A stretch of DNA of 64,000 nucleotides from Patescibacteria group bacterium (GTDB taxonomy: Bacteria > Patescibacteriota > Patescibacteriia > UBA11705 > DATKZF01), in the NCBI GenBank assembly GCA_049319825.1, contig JBMORT010000002.1, positions 271,230 to 335,229 of the forward strand, in the 5' to 3' direction. Positions 10,267 through 18,551 of the stretch are shown here, piece by piece (the first letter of the stretch is position 1; each line of letters begins with the position of its first letter). Below the pieces are notes generated by a model. That model did no database searches, was not told where the DNA came from, and was given only the letters and a program-made list of their open reading frames with translations. Made by a program: the position numbers and the translations under genes.

Positions 10267-11517
10267 ATGGCTGAAAATTTAATAACCGGTATTGACCTGG
10301 GTACGTCGAACATCCGAGTCGTGGTCGCGCAGGAAGCGGAATTGGCCAATGAAAAGCAATTGAACATTATCGGCGTGATCGAAGTTCCGGCCACGGGCAT
10401 CAGCAAGGGGTCTATCGTCAGTATTGAGGATGCCGTGTCCAGCTTGTCGAATGCCTTGGAAAGCGCCGAACGGATGATCGGTATGCCCATTGAGCGCGCT
10501 TGGATCGGCATTTCCGGCACGCATATTTCATCACAGGAGAGCAATGGCGTCATCGCCATTTCCCGAACCAGCGGTGAAATTCAGGAAGATGATGTCGAAC
10601 GGGTCATCGAAGCGGCGCGCAGCGTGGCCGCGCCGGTTAATTATGAAATACTGCATGTTATTCCGAAATCTTTTACTATAGACAATCAGGCGGGCATTAA
10701 GGATCCGATCGGCATGTCCGGAATCCGGCTTGAGGTTTCGACGCAGGTAATCAGGGGGTTGTCATCCCATATTAAAAATTTGACCAAGTGCATTTATCGA
10801 ACCGGTCTGGATATAAATGACATTATTTTGGCGTCTTTGGCCGCCTCGGAATCAGTAATATCCAACAGGCAAAAAGAATTGGGGGTGGCCCTGGTTGATA
10901 TTGGCGCCGCCACCACAAATTTAATCGTTTTTGAAGAAGGCGATGTCCTGTATACATCGGTTATTCCCATTGGCGCCGATCACATTACCTCTGATATTGC
11001 CATTGGACTGCAGACATCAATTGAAATTGCGGAGCGAGTTAAATTGGACCAAGGCAGCGCCTCGCCCAAGGAAATAGATAAAAATGAGAAAATAAATTTG
11101 GCTGACCTGGGCGGGGAAAATCAAGAGTTCACCAAAAAATACATTGCGGAAATTATTGAAGCCAGAACAGAAGAAATTTTTGAAAAAATCGACGCTGAAT
11201 TGCAAAAAATCAATCGCAGCGGTTTATTGCCGGCGGGACTGGTATTGGTCGGCGGCGGCGCCAAATTGCCAGGAATCGTGTCGGTTGGCAAACGGAAAAC
11301 AATGCTGCCGGTTTCTATTGGAAAATTAAGGACTTTCACCACGGCTGTGGATAACGTTTCTGACGTGTCTTTTTCCACTGCCCTTGGCCTTGTTTTATGG
11401 GGGTATCAGATGGAACAAGAAACTGATAGCGGTAAATTTGGCATTTCCAATAAATTTGGTACAATAAGGAAACAAGCGGGCCGGATAAAAAATTGGTTCA
11501 AGTCATTAATATCATAG
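10267..11517 (+). CDS. ftsA: Cell division protein FtsA
   Basis: GIDLGTS, DP.GMSG.RLE, VDIGAATT, IT.DIA.GL, GGGAKLPG; directly upstream of ftsZ. Confidence 0.97.
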   Translation: MAENLITGIDLGTSNIRVVVAQEAELANEKQLNIIGVIEVPATGISKGSIVSIEDAVSSLSNALESAERMIGMPIERAWIGISGTHISSQESNGVIAISRTSGEIQEDDVERVIEAARSVAAPVNYEILHVIPKSFTIDNQAGIKDPIGMSGIRLEVSTQVIRGLSSHIKNLTKCIYRTGLDINDIILASLAASESVISNRQKELGVALVDIGAATTNLIVFEEGDVLYTSVIPIGADHITSDIAIGLQTSIEIAERVKLDQGSASPKEIDKNEKINLADLGGENQEFTKKYIAEIIEARTEEIFEKIDAELQKINRSGLLPAGLVLVGGGAKLPGIVSVGKRKTMLPVSIGKLRTFTTAVDNVSDVSFSTALGLVLWGYQMEQETDSGKFGISNKFGTIRKQAGRIKNWFKSLIS

Positions 11518-11593
11518 GATCGTAGGCAGTAGGATGGCCGGAAGGTAAGAATGCCTCCATTCTACAGCCCTATCGCCCTACCAGCCTAATAAT

Positions 11594-12793
11594 ATGCCAG
11601 AAGTTAAACCGGAAATTGAAACCTTCGCCAAAATCAAGGTTCTTGGCGTTGGAGGAGGGGGAGGATCTGCTTTGAATCGCATGGTGCAGCAAAAAATAAG
11701 GGGAGTGGAATTCGTGGCCATTAACACGGATTTGCAGGCATTGCAATATTCATTAGCCGATCAGAAAATTCACATTGGCAGGACAACTACCAGGGGTCTT
11801 GGTGCTGGTATGAATCCGGAAATTGGACGCAAAGCCGCGGAAGAATCTCAAAATGAGTTAAGAGAAATATTAAAAGGCACAGACATGGCCTTTGTCACTT
11901 ATGGATTGGGCGGCGGCACCGGTTCCGGTGCCGGACCGATTGTTGCGGAATTAGCCAGAGAGCAGGGGGCTTTGACTATCGGCGTGGTGACAAAGCCTTT
12001 TTCATTTGAAGGCATGCCCAGAAAAAAAATCGCTGAAGAGGGTTTGGAAAAATTAAAAGAGCAGGTTGACACATTGATAATCATTCCCAATGACCGAATT
12101 TGGCAAATAATCGATAAAAAGACTCCTTTATTGGAGGCATTTTCCGTAGTCGATGAGGTATTAAAGCAAGGGGTTCAAGGCATTTCTGAATTAATAACAT
12201 TGCCGGGCTTAATAAATGTGGATTTCGCCGATGTTAAAACGATAATGAGAGATACGGGAGCGGCATTGATGGGAGTGGGCCATGGGACCGGAGAAAATCG
12301 AGCGATTGAAGCGGCCAGAGCGGCCATTTCCAGCCCATTGCTGGAATTGGCGATCGATGGCGCCAAGGGCATTTTATTTAACGTGGTTGGCGGCAACGAC
12401 ATCACTATGTATGAAGTCAGTGAAGCAGCCAAGGTGATCACCGAATCTGTTGACGCTGACGCCAAGATAATTTTTGGAGCGGTAATCGATGAGAATTTAA
12501 AGGATGAGATAAAAATCACGGTCGTCGCTACCGGATTCGATCCGAATATTACCTTCCACGATAAACCGCGCGTCACTAACAGCGTCACGCCGGTCACCAA
12601 GAGTTATTTTCAGGCCGATATTGAAAGAGAATCAGCGCCGATTTTCAAGGAAACAAAAATTGAAGGCGATAATTACCGAATGGATAAAACTCAGCCCAGG
12701 CCTGCGGAAAAACCGCCAATCAAGGCCGCTGACAGCGACAGCGATGAAGAAGATTTGGAAATCCCCGCGTTTATTAGGCGAAAAATGATGTGA
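11594..12793 (+). CDS. ftsZ: Cell division protein FtsZ
   Basis: GVGGGG, GGGTGSG tubulin motif, INVDFADV, C-terminal LEIPAFIRR. Confidence 0.99.
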   Translation: MPEVKPEIETFAKIKVLGVGGGGGSALNRMVQQKIRGVEFVAINTDLQALQYSLADQKIHIGRTTTRGLGAGMNPEIGRKAAEESQNELREILKGTDMAFVTYGLGGGTGSGAGPIVAELAREQGALTIGVVTKPFSFEGMPRKKIAEEGLEKLKEQVDTLIIIPNDRIWQIIDKKTPLLEAFSVVDEVLKQGVQGISELITLPGLINVDFADVKTIMRDTGAALMGVGHGTGENRAIEAARAAISSPLLELAIDGAKGILFNVVGGNDITMYEVSEAAKVITESVDADAKIIFGAVIDENLKDEIKITVVATGFDPNITFHDKPRVTNSVTPVTKSYFQADIERESAPIFKETKIEGDNYRMDKTQPRPAEKPPIKAADSDSDEEDLEIPAFIRRKMM

Positions 12794-12840
12794 GAGTCAC
12801 GAATCTACAAATCAGCGCATTACATTATAAATAATTATAA

Positions 12841-12865
12841 AAGCCGCTCGAAAGGGCGGTTTTTT
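12841..12865 (+). terminator. Intrinsic terminator after ftsZ
   Basis: aagccgctc-gaaa-gggcggtt followed by a T run. Confidence 0.85.
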
Positions 12866-12951
12866 GTCGCCGGCGAATACCGGATTACCGCCCGGTGAGT
12901 GGCTCTCCGATCGTCCTAGACCTTCCTGATGTCGGCATTGATTCGAGTTAT

Positions 12952-12960
12952 TTATCCACA
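12952..12960 (+). promoter_or_regulatory. Consensus DnaA box upstream of the nrdD promoter
   Basis: TTATCCACA perfect match in intergenic DNA. Confidence 0.5.
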
Positions 12961-13010
12961 GAGGTTTTATGACGCAAAAATTCCTTTTGTTTTAGCAGAT
13001 GTTTCATGTT

Positions 13011-13039
13011 TTGAGTCGATATTTTATTTGTGTTATACT
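13011..13039 (+). promoter_or_regulatory. sigma70 promoter of nrdD
   Basis: TTGAGT-17 bp-TATACT with extended -10 TG. Confidence 0.7.
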
Positions 13040-13201
13040 TTAAATAAGAAAGTGATTTGTACCAAATCCTGAAGACTATAAAACTTCAGGAGAACATGTG
13101 AGGAAGACTACAGCGGCGCCTGCCCAAGGGCTGGAGCTCGAATTGAGTCTTCTTTAATTTCCCCAAAAAAAAGCCGATGCTTTATCTAAATTTCCACTAA
13201 T

Positions 13202-15280
13202 ATGTCTTTTCAGGACAATAAAATTTTTCAGATACGCAAAAGAGATGATCGCATTGTTGATTTTGAACAAGAAAAAATCACCAAAGCGATTTTAGCCTCC
13301 ATGCAGGCGGTTGACGAAGGCAATGTCGAGCTGGCCAATCGATTGTCTGATGAGGTGGTTGAGCAGCTGAACGCGCGTTTTCACGAGCGATCCATACCGG
13401 CGGTCGAGGAGATTCAGGATATTGTTGAAGAAATTTTAATGATTAATAAATTGTTCGGCTCGGCCAGAGCTTACATCATATACCGCGACCAGCATTCCAA
13501 AATGAGAGATTTGAAGTCAATGATTAATTCCGATGAATTGATGGACAGTTATTTGAAAAAAGTTGATTGGCGGGTGAAGGAAAACAGCAACATGGATTAT
13601 TCGCTGCAAGGGCTGAATAACTACGTGGCCTCGACGATCAGTTCTCATTATTGGCTCAATAAAATATATCCGCCCAAAATTCGAGAAGCTCACGTAAACG
13701 GCGATTTGCATATTCATGACCTCCAGCTGTTGTCCGCGTATTGCTGCGGTTGGGATCTTCGGGATTTATTAATTCGCGGATTTGGCGGCGTATCGGGCAA
13801 GGTGGAAAGCTCCGCGGCCAAGCATTTCGGCACCGCGCTCGGACAATTGGTCAATTTCTTTTATACGCTGCAGGGCGAATCCGCCGGCGCTCAGGCGGTT
13901 TCCAGCTTCGATACCTATTTGGCGCCGTTTATCCGCTATGACGGTTTGGATTTCAAACAGGTCAAGCAGCAGCTGCAAAATTTCATGTTCAACATGAATG
14001 TGCCAACCAGAGTCGGTTTCCAGACGCCGTTTACGAATATCACCTTGGATTTATTCGTCCCGGAAAATTTAAAAGATGAGCCGGTGATCGTCGGCGGCAA
14101 GCCACAGCGCGAAAAGCATGGTGAATTTCAAAAAGAAATGGATTTATTCAATGAAGCGCTGGTCGAGGTCATGCTTGAGGGAGACAACCGCGGCCGCGTG
14201 TTCTCGTTCCCCATTCCGACATACAATGTCAGTAAAAATTGGGATTGGCAGTCGCCGATTATTGACCGAATCATGGAAATGACCGCCAAATACGGAATTC
14301 CATATTTTTCCAATTTCATCAACAGCGACATGAAGCCGGAAGACGCGAGATCGATGTGCTGCCGGCTGAGATTGGATAATCGTGAGTTGAGAAAACGGGG
14401 CGGTGGCTTGTTTGGGGCCAATCCGTTAACCGGTTCGATTGGCGTCGTGACCCTGAATATGGCCAGAGTCGGCTATCTGGCAAAAAGCAAGGAAGATTTT
14501 TTTGAGCGAACCGCTCAATTGATGGATATCGCCAGAGAAAGCTTAAAAATTAAGAGAGATATTTTGGAAAGATTCACCGAGGGTAATTTATATCCGTACA
14601 CCAAACATTACTTGTCCTCCGTTAAAGAAAGATTCGGATATTTTTGGAAAAATCATTTCAACACCATCGGCTTGAACGGCGTTAATGAAGCTTGCCTAAA
14701 TTTACTGAAGGTTAATATTGTCGATCCGGAAGGCCATAAATTTGCCAAGCAAGTGCTCGATTTCATGAGGGAGCGACTGCACCAATATCAGCTGTCCGGC
14801 TCGGATTTATATAATTTGGAAGCGACCCCGGCCGAAGGCACGTCGTACCGATTCGCCAAAATCGATAAGGAAAAATATCCAGACATTACTTGCGCCAACG
14901 AAGAAGATTATCGCGATAAGGGATCAGATCCTTACTATACCAATTCCACGCATCTGCCGGTCAATTACACCGAAGACATGATTGAAGCGCTTAAAATGCA
15001 GGATGAATTGCAGACGCGCTATACCGGCGGCACGGTCTTTCACGGATTTATCGGTGAGCGCATGCCGTCAATCACGGCGACTAAAAGCTTAGTGAAGAAA
15101 ATAGCGGAAAATTTCCATCTGCCGTACTTTACCATCACTCCCACATTCAGTGTTTGCCCCAAGCACGGCTACATACCCGGAGAGCATGAATATTGTCCGC
15201 GCTGCGACGAGGAAATGGGCTATGGCGAAAGCGCTTTGCTTGAATGGAATCAAAAAGAAACCCAAACGGAACAATCTTAA
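13202..15280 (+). CDS. nrdD: Class III (anaerobic) ribonucleotide reductase large subunit with ATP cone; lacks the C-terminal glycyl-radical motif
   Basis: N-terminal ATP cone (IRKRD..IVDF...KI; VEEIQDIVE), HIHDL, AYCCG, SMCCRL, EATPAEG, YTGGTVFH, Zn site CPKH...CPRC; no RV.GY before the stop. Confidence 0.95.
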   Translation: MSFQDNKIFQIRKRDDRIVDFEQEKITKAILASMQAVDEGNVELANRLSDEVVEQLNARFHERSIPAVEEIQDIVEEILMINKLFGSARAYIIYRDQHSKMRDLKSMINSDELMDSYLKKVDWRVKENSNMDYSLQGLNNYVASTISSHYWLNKIYPPKIREAHVNGDLHIHDLQLLSAYCCGWDLRDLLIRGFGGVSGKVESSAAKHFGTALGQLVNFFYTLQGESAGAQAVSSFDTYLAPFIRYDGLDFKQVKQQLQNFMFNMNVPTRVGFQTPFTNITLDLFVPENLKDEPVIVGGKPQREKHGEFQKEMDLFNEALVEVMLEGDNRGRVFSFPIPTYNVSKNWDWQSPIIDRIMEMTAKYGIPYFSNFINSDMKPEDARSMCCRLRLDNRELRKRGGGLFGANPLTGSIGVVTLNMARVGYLAKSKEDFFERTAQLMDIARESLKIKRDILERFTEGNLYPYTKHYLSSVKERFGYFWKNHFNTIGLNGVNEACLNLLKVNIVDPEGHKFAKQVLDFMRERLHQYQLSGSDLYNLEATPAEGTSYRFAKIDKEKYPDITCANEEDYRDKGSDPYYTNSTHLPVNYTEDMIEALKMQDELQTRYTGGTVFHGFIGERMPSITATKSLVKKIAENFHLPYFTITPTFSVCPKHGYIPGEHEYCPRCDEEMGYGESALLEWNQKETQTEQS

Positions 15281-15364
15281 AACAAAAAATTAATTTATAT
15301 ATTGTGAGGAATATGGTGCCCTATTGGGCTAAAATAGGGCCCTTATTCATAATATACATTCGAT

Positions 15365-15511
15365 ATGGCATCACAAAAATTGGAAAGGCAAAAATGCGAA
15401 ATTTATTCGCGCGTAGTCGGTTATTTGAGTCCCGTTCAGCGATGGAACAAGGGTAAAAAAGCGGAATTCTCTGACAGGAAAGTGTATAATGCCATGAACG
15501 TCGCGGAATGA
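15365..15511 (+). CDS. Stand-alone NrdD glycyl-radical domain, 48 aa (not in ORF track)
   Basis: Manual translation MASQKLERQKCEIYSRVVGYLSPVQRWNKGKKAEFSDRKVYNAMNVAE, matching the NrdD C-terminal YSRV.GYL.P...WN.GK..E..DR motif. Confidence 0.9.
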   Translation: MASQKLERQKCEIYSRVVGYLSPVQRWNKGKKAEFSDRKVYNAMNVAE

Positions 15512-15654
15512 TTGTAAAATACCTGTCCAGATGTTAAAATTAAGGCTGCTAGGCGGCCTTAATTTTATTCGTCGGCAAGAAATTAAAATCGACAAAAGTG
15601 CCGGCCGGCACTCACATACTTTTTTTCTCTTTCACCTGATATTATAAAGACACT

Positions 15655-16356
15655 ATGAAAATTGGCGGCATCCAAACGTTAACTTTGATCGATTATCCTG
15701 GCAAAGTGGCGGCGACTGTTTTTACTTTGGGTTGTAATTTTCGCTGCCATTTTTGTCATAATCCGGAGTTGGTCAATATCAAAAAAAAATCATGGACCAT
15801 GTCTTCGGCCAAGGTTTTTGAATTTTTAAAAAGTCGCGGCCAGTTTTTGGACGGCGTTTGCATTACCGGCGGCGAGCCGACAATTCATGCCGATTTCCTT
15901 AATTTTTTAAGTAAAATAAAAGCGCTCGGCTTGGCCGTTAAATTGGATACCAACGGATTGAATTTCCCGGCGCTGAAGCGGGCGATCGATCACCAGCTGG
16001 TCGATTATGTGGCCATGGATATTAAGGCGCCATGGGAAAAGTACCCGGTCATTGTGGGCGAACCGATCGAGGTCGAGCCGGTAAAAAAAAGCGCCGAGTA
16101 TCTTATGAACAGCGGGGTCGAATACGAGTTCAGAAGCACGGTGCTCCCGGCGCTTCACCCGCCGGCCGACATCATCGAAATGGCCAGGCAAATCAAAGGC
16201 GCGAAAAAATATTATTTACAACAGTTCAAACCTTTTGCTAAAATAGTAAATGATGACTACCGACAAGCCAAGTCATACACGCGTCAAGACTTGATTAAAA
16301 TAAAAAACAAAATTAAGAATTGGTTCGATACGGTGAGAATTAGGGAAAATATTTAA
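15655..16356 (+). CDS. nrdG: Anaerobic RNR activating enzyme (radical SAM)
   Basis: LIDYPG, GCNFRCHFCHN (CxxxCxxC), ITGGEPT, KLDTNG, MDIKAP; follows nrdD. Confidence 0.95.
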   Translation: MKIGGIQTLTLIDYPGKVAATVFTLGCNFRCHFCHNPELVNIKKKSWTMSSAKVFEFLKSRGQFLDGVCITGGEPTIHADFLNFLSKIKALGLAVKLDTNGLNFPALKRAIDHQLVDYVAMDIKAPWEKYPVIVGEPIEVEPVKKSAEYLMNSGVEYEFRSTVLPALHPPADIIEMARQIKGAKKYYLQQFKPFAKIVNDDYRQAKSYTRQDLIKIKNKIKNWFDTVRIRENI

Positions 16357-16408
16357 TCGGAGATTGATTGGGGGATTTGTAGATTTGTAACTTATAATTT
16401 GTAATTAT

Positions 16409-16681
16409 ATGGAGGAAAAAAATTTAAAAGATGAGGTTGCGGAATTAAAACAGCTGGTCAGAAGAAATATTGAATACACGCAAGAGCTTCGAATGGTCTC
16501 GGACAAAACCAGAAAGTACATACTCTGGATACAAATCATCAATTTATTTAAATTGTTGATTATTTTAGTGCCATTGATTTTGGCTTTGATTTATCTGCCG
16601 CCGTTAATTCGTGATTTTGTGGAAAAATATAAAGAGCTTTTCGGATCGAGCGGGTTTTTTTTAGACATGTTTAATAGATAA
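16409..16681 (+). CDS. Small membrane protein, unknown function
   Basis: Coiled-coil N-terminus plus one TM helix; typical tATG start. Confidence 0.7.
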   Translation: MEEKNLKDEVAELKQLVRRNIEYTQELRMVSDKTRKYILWIQIINLFKLLIILVPLILALIYLPPLIRDFVEKYKELFGSSGFFLDMFNR

Positions 16682-16694
16682 TGATTTTCAAGCG

Positions 16695-16721
16695 ATGCCC
16701 GCTGCGGCAGCGGGCATTTTT
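16695..16721 (+). terminator. Intrinsic terminator-like hairpin
   Basis: atgcccgctg-cgg-cagcgggcat followed by tttt. Confidence 0.7.
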
Positions 16722-16730
16722 ATAACGAAT

Positions 16731-17042
16731 ATGATGACTTTTTCCGAAAAAGTGCTGGCCGCCGTTAAAAAAATACCGCCCGGGCGGGTGACGACATATA
16801 AAAAATTGGCAGAGCAATGCGGCCGTCCGCTGGCCGCGCGCGCGGTCGGTCGAATTCTAAACGCCAGTAAATTTTCTTTTTTCGAAAACATATCGGAAAA
16901 AGAAAAAATTCCCTGTCATCGAGTGATTAAAAGCGACGGTACGATCGGCGGCTACTCGAAAGGGGCGAAAAAAAAGATTGTATTATTAAAAAGAGAGGGA
17001 ATAAACATCAACAACGGGAGGCTGCTAGCGAAGAATGAATGA
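16731..17042 (+). CDS. MGMT-family (O6-methylguanine-DNA methyltransferase) single-domain protein
   Basis: IPPGRVTTY..LA, AARAVG, active-site PCHRV; start moved to the ATG at 16731. Confidence 0.9.
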   Translation: MMTFSEKVLAAVKKIPPGRVTTYKKLAEQCGRPLAARAVGRILNASKFSFFENISEKEKIPCHRVIKSDGTIGGYSKGAKKKIVLLKREGININNGRLLAKNE

Positions 17043-17122
17043 AAATCAAAAAATCAAAATAAAAAACGCGTTTTTTTGATTTTTTACGCAATTTTACATT
17101 AAATTTTGTAATTTGGGAAAAT

Positions 17123-18373
17123 ATGACAGACCAAATAAAAAAGTATTCGAAAAAAACAATTGTTGCGGTGGTGATTATCACTTTGTTTTTCGGTAGCCTG
17201 CTGGGCTCGCTGGCCGGGTTTTTAGCCGGCACTGTTGGATTGAATGCAGCCGCTCCGTACTTAGCCAAAATCGACTGGGGTCAGGGTTTTTTTTCCAAGA
17301 GCGGGCAGCACGTCACCATTTCGGTGAATGAGGAATCCGAAACGATCGACGCCGTAGCTAAAGCATCGCCTTCAGTCGTCAGTATCGTCATTACCAAGGA
17401 ATTGACCAGTTTTTATAACATCAGCGGTCCCTTTGATTTTTTTAATAATTTCTTTGAATTTCGCGTCCCGGAAAATAAGTCGGGCCAATCGTCGGATCCG
17501 GTCAAGCGCCAGGTCGGCGGAGGCAGCGGATTCATTATATCGGCCCATGGCTTGATTATAACCAATAAACATGTGGTGAGCGATGAAAGCGCCGAATACA
17601 CAGTTGTTTTAAGCGACGGTTCAGAATATCCGGCCACGGTATTGGGGCGCGACATCATTAATGACATCGCGGTGATTAAAATCGAAGCGCAAAATTTACC
17701 GGTGCTGGAGCTGGGCGATTCTGACAATCTCCGTCCCGGACAGACGGTAATTGCCATCGGCAATGCTTTGGGCGAGTATTCGAACACCGTCACTAAAGGC
17801 GTGATCAGCGGCATTAATCGTCAGGTGACCGCGTCTGACAGCCGCGGCATGGCCGAGGAAATAAAAGAAGCGATACAGACCGACGCGGCCATTAATCCCG
17901 GAAATTCCGGCGGGCCGCTGATCAATCTGTCCGGACAGGTGGTTGGCGTTAACACCGCGGTCAGCTCCGATGGTCAGCTGGTCGGTTTTGCCATTCCCAT
18001 CAACGCCGCCAAGCAGGTGATTGACAGCGTTAAAGAACACGGCCGCATCATTACTCCATGGCTTGGCGTTCGCTATGTGCCGCTGAATGCGGAAATTGCC
18101 AAAGCCAATAATTTGGATTACGATTATGGGGCGCTTATTATCCGTGGACAAAGACAGTCAGAATTGGCCGTCTCCCCGGGCAGCCCGGCCGATAAAGCCG
18201 GCCTCGAAGAAAATGACATCATTTTGGAAATTAATGATCAAAAACTTGATGCCGATCATCTGCTGGGAGAAGAATTGCTGAAATATGGCCCGGGAGATAA
18301 AATTGAGATGTTGATTTTTCATGACGGTCAAGAAAAAAGCATTAAGGTGACGCTGGAGGAGAGGGTGGATTAA
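17123..18373 (+). CDS. htrA: HtrA/DegP-family serine protease with one PDZ domain
   Basis: GSGFII, TNKHV, DIAVIKI, TDAAINPGNSGGPL, PDZ SPADKAGL. Confidence 0.95.
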   Translation: MTDQIKKYSKKTIVAVVIITLFFGSLLGSLAGFLAGTVGLNAAAPYLAKIDWGQGFFSKSGQHVTISVNEESETIDAVAKASPSVVSIVITKELTSFYNISGPFDFFNNFFEFRVPENKSGQSSDPVKRQVGGGSGFIISAHGLIITNKHVVSDESAEYTVVLSDGSEYPATVLGRDIINDIAVIKIEAQNLPVLELGDSDNLRPGQTVIAIGNALGEYSNTVTKGVISGINRQVTASDSRGMAEEIKEAIQTDAAINPGNSGGPLINLSGQVVGVNTAVSSDGQLVGFAIPINAAKQVIDSVKEHGRIITPWLGVRYVPLNAEIAKANNLDYDYGALIIRGQRQSELAVSPGSPADKAGLEENDIILEINDQKLDADHLLGEELLKYGPGDKIEMLIFHDGQEKSIKVTLEERVD

Positions 18374-18551
18374 CCTGTGGCACATCGCCCGCAGCATGCG
18401 GACTGGCATAATAGAATTGAAGCAGTTATAAAACACATTCAGTGTCAAAAATACGGGAATTCATCTGACTTCGTGGTATTTAGTCCGAAAATTTCGGCAT
18501 TTAATCATGACCTTCACCGATCGATAATTTTTTAACGTATTTATTATCCAT

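Noticed and set aside
12869-12936. Hammerhead ribozyme, SRP RNA or tRNA identity for the structured island
   Set aside because: CUGAUGA/GAAA core, SRP loop motif and T/D-arm consensus are not matched
15292-15318. Possible NrdR boxes (tatatattgtg)
   Set aside because: Only the right half matches, in AT-rich DNA and downstream of nrdD; no nrdR in the window
15278-15364. Stop-codon readthrough or frameshift joining nrdD to the glycyl-radical ORF
   Set aside because: Two in-frame stops (TAA, then TGA) and an AT-rich non-coding-looking spacer; no intron features recognised in 84 nt
15244-15456. 70-aa ORF from the track overlapping the nrdD end (and antisense 15371-15595)
   Set aside because: Wrong frame; the motif-bearing ORF is 15365-15511
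18374-18551. 6S RNA or an upstream prfB first exon in the htrA-prfB spacer
   Set aside because: Only two small hairpins, no long rod, and no CTT-TGA slippery site
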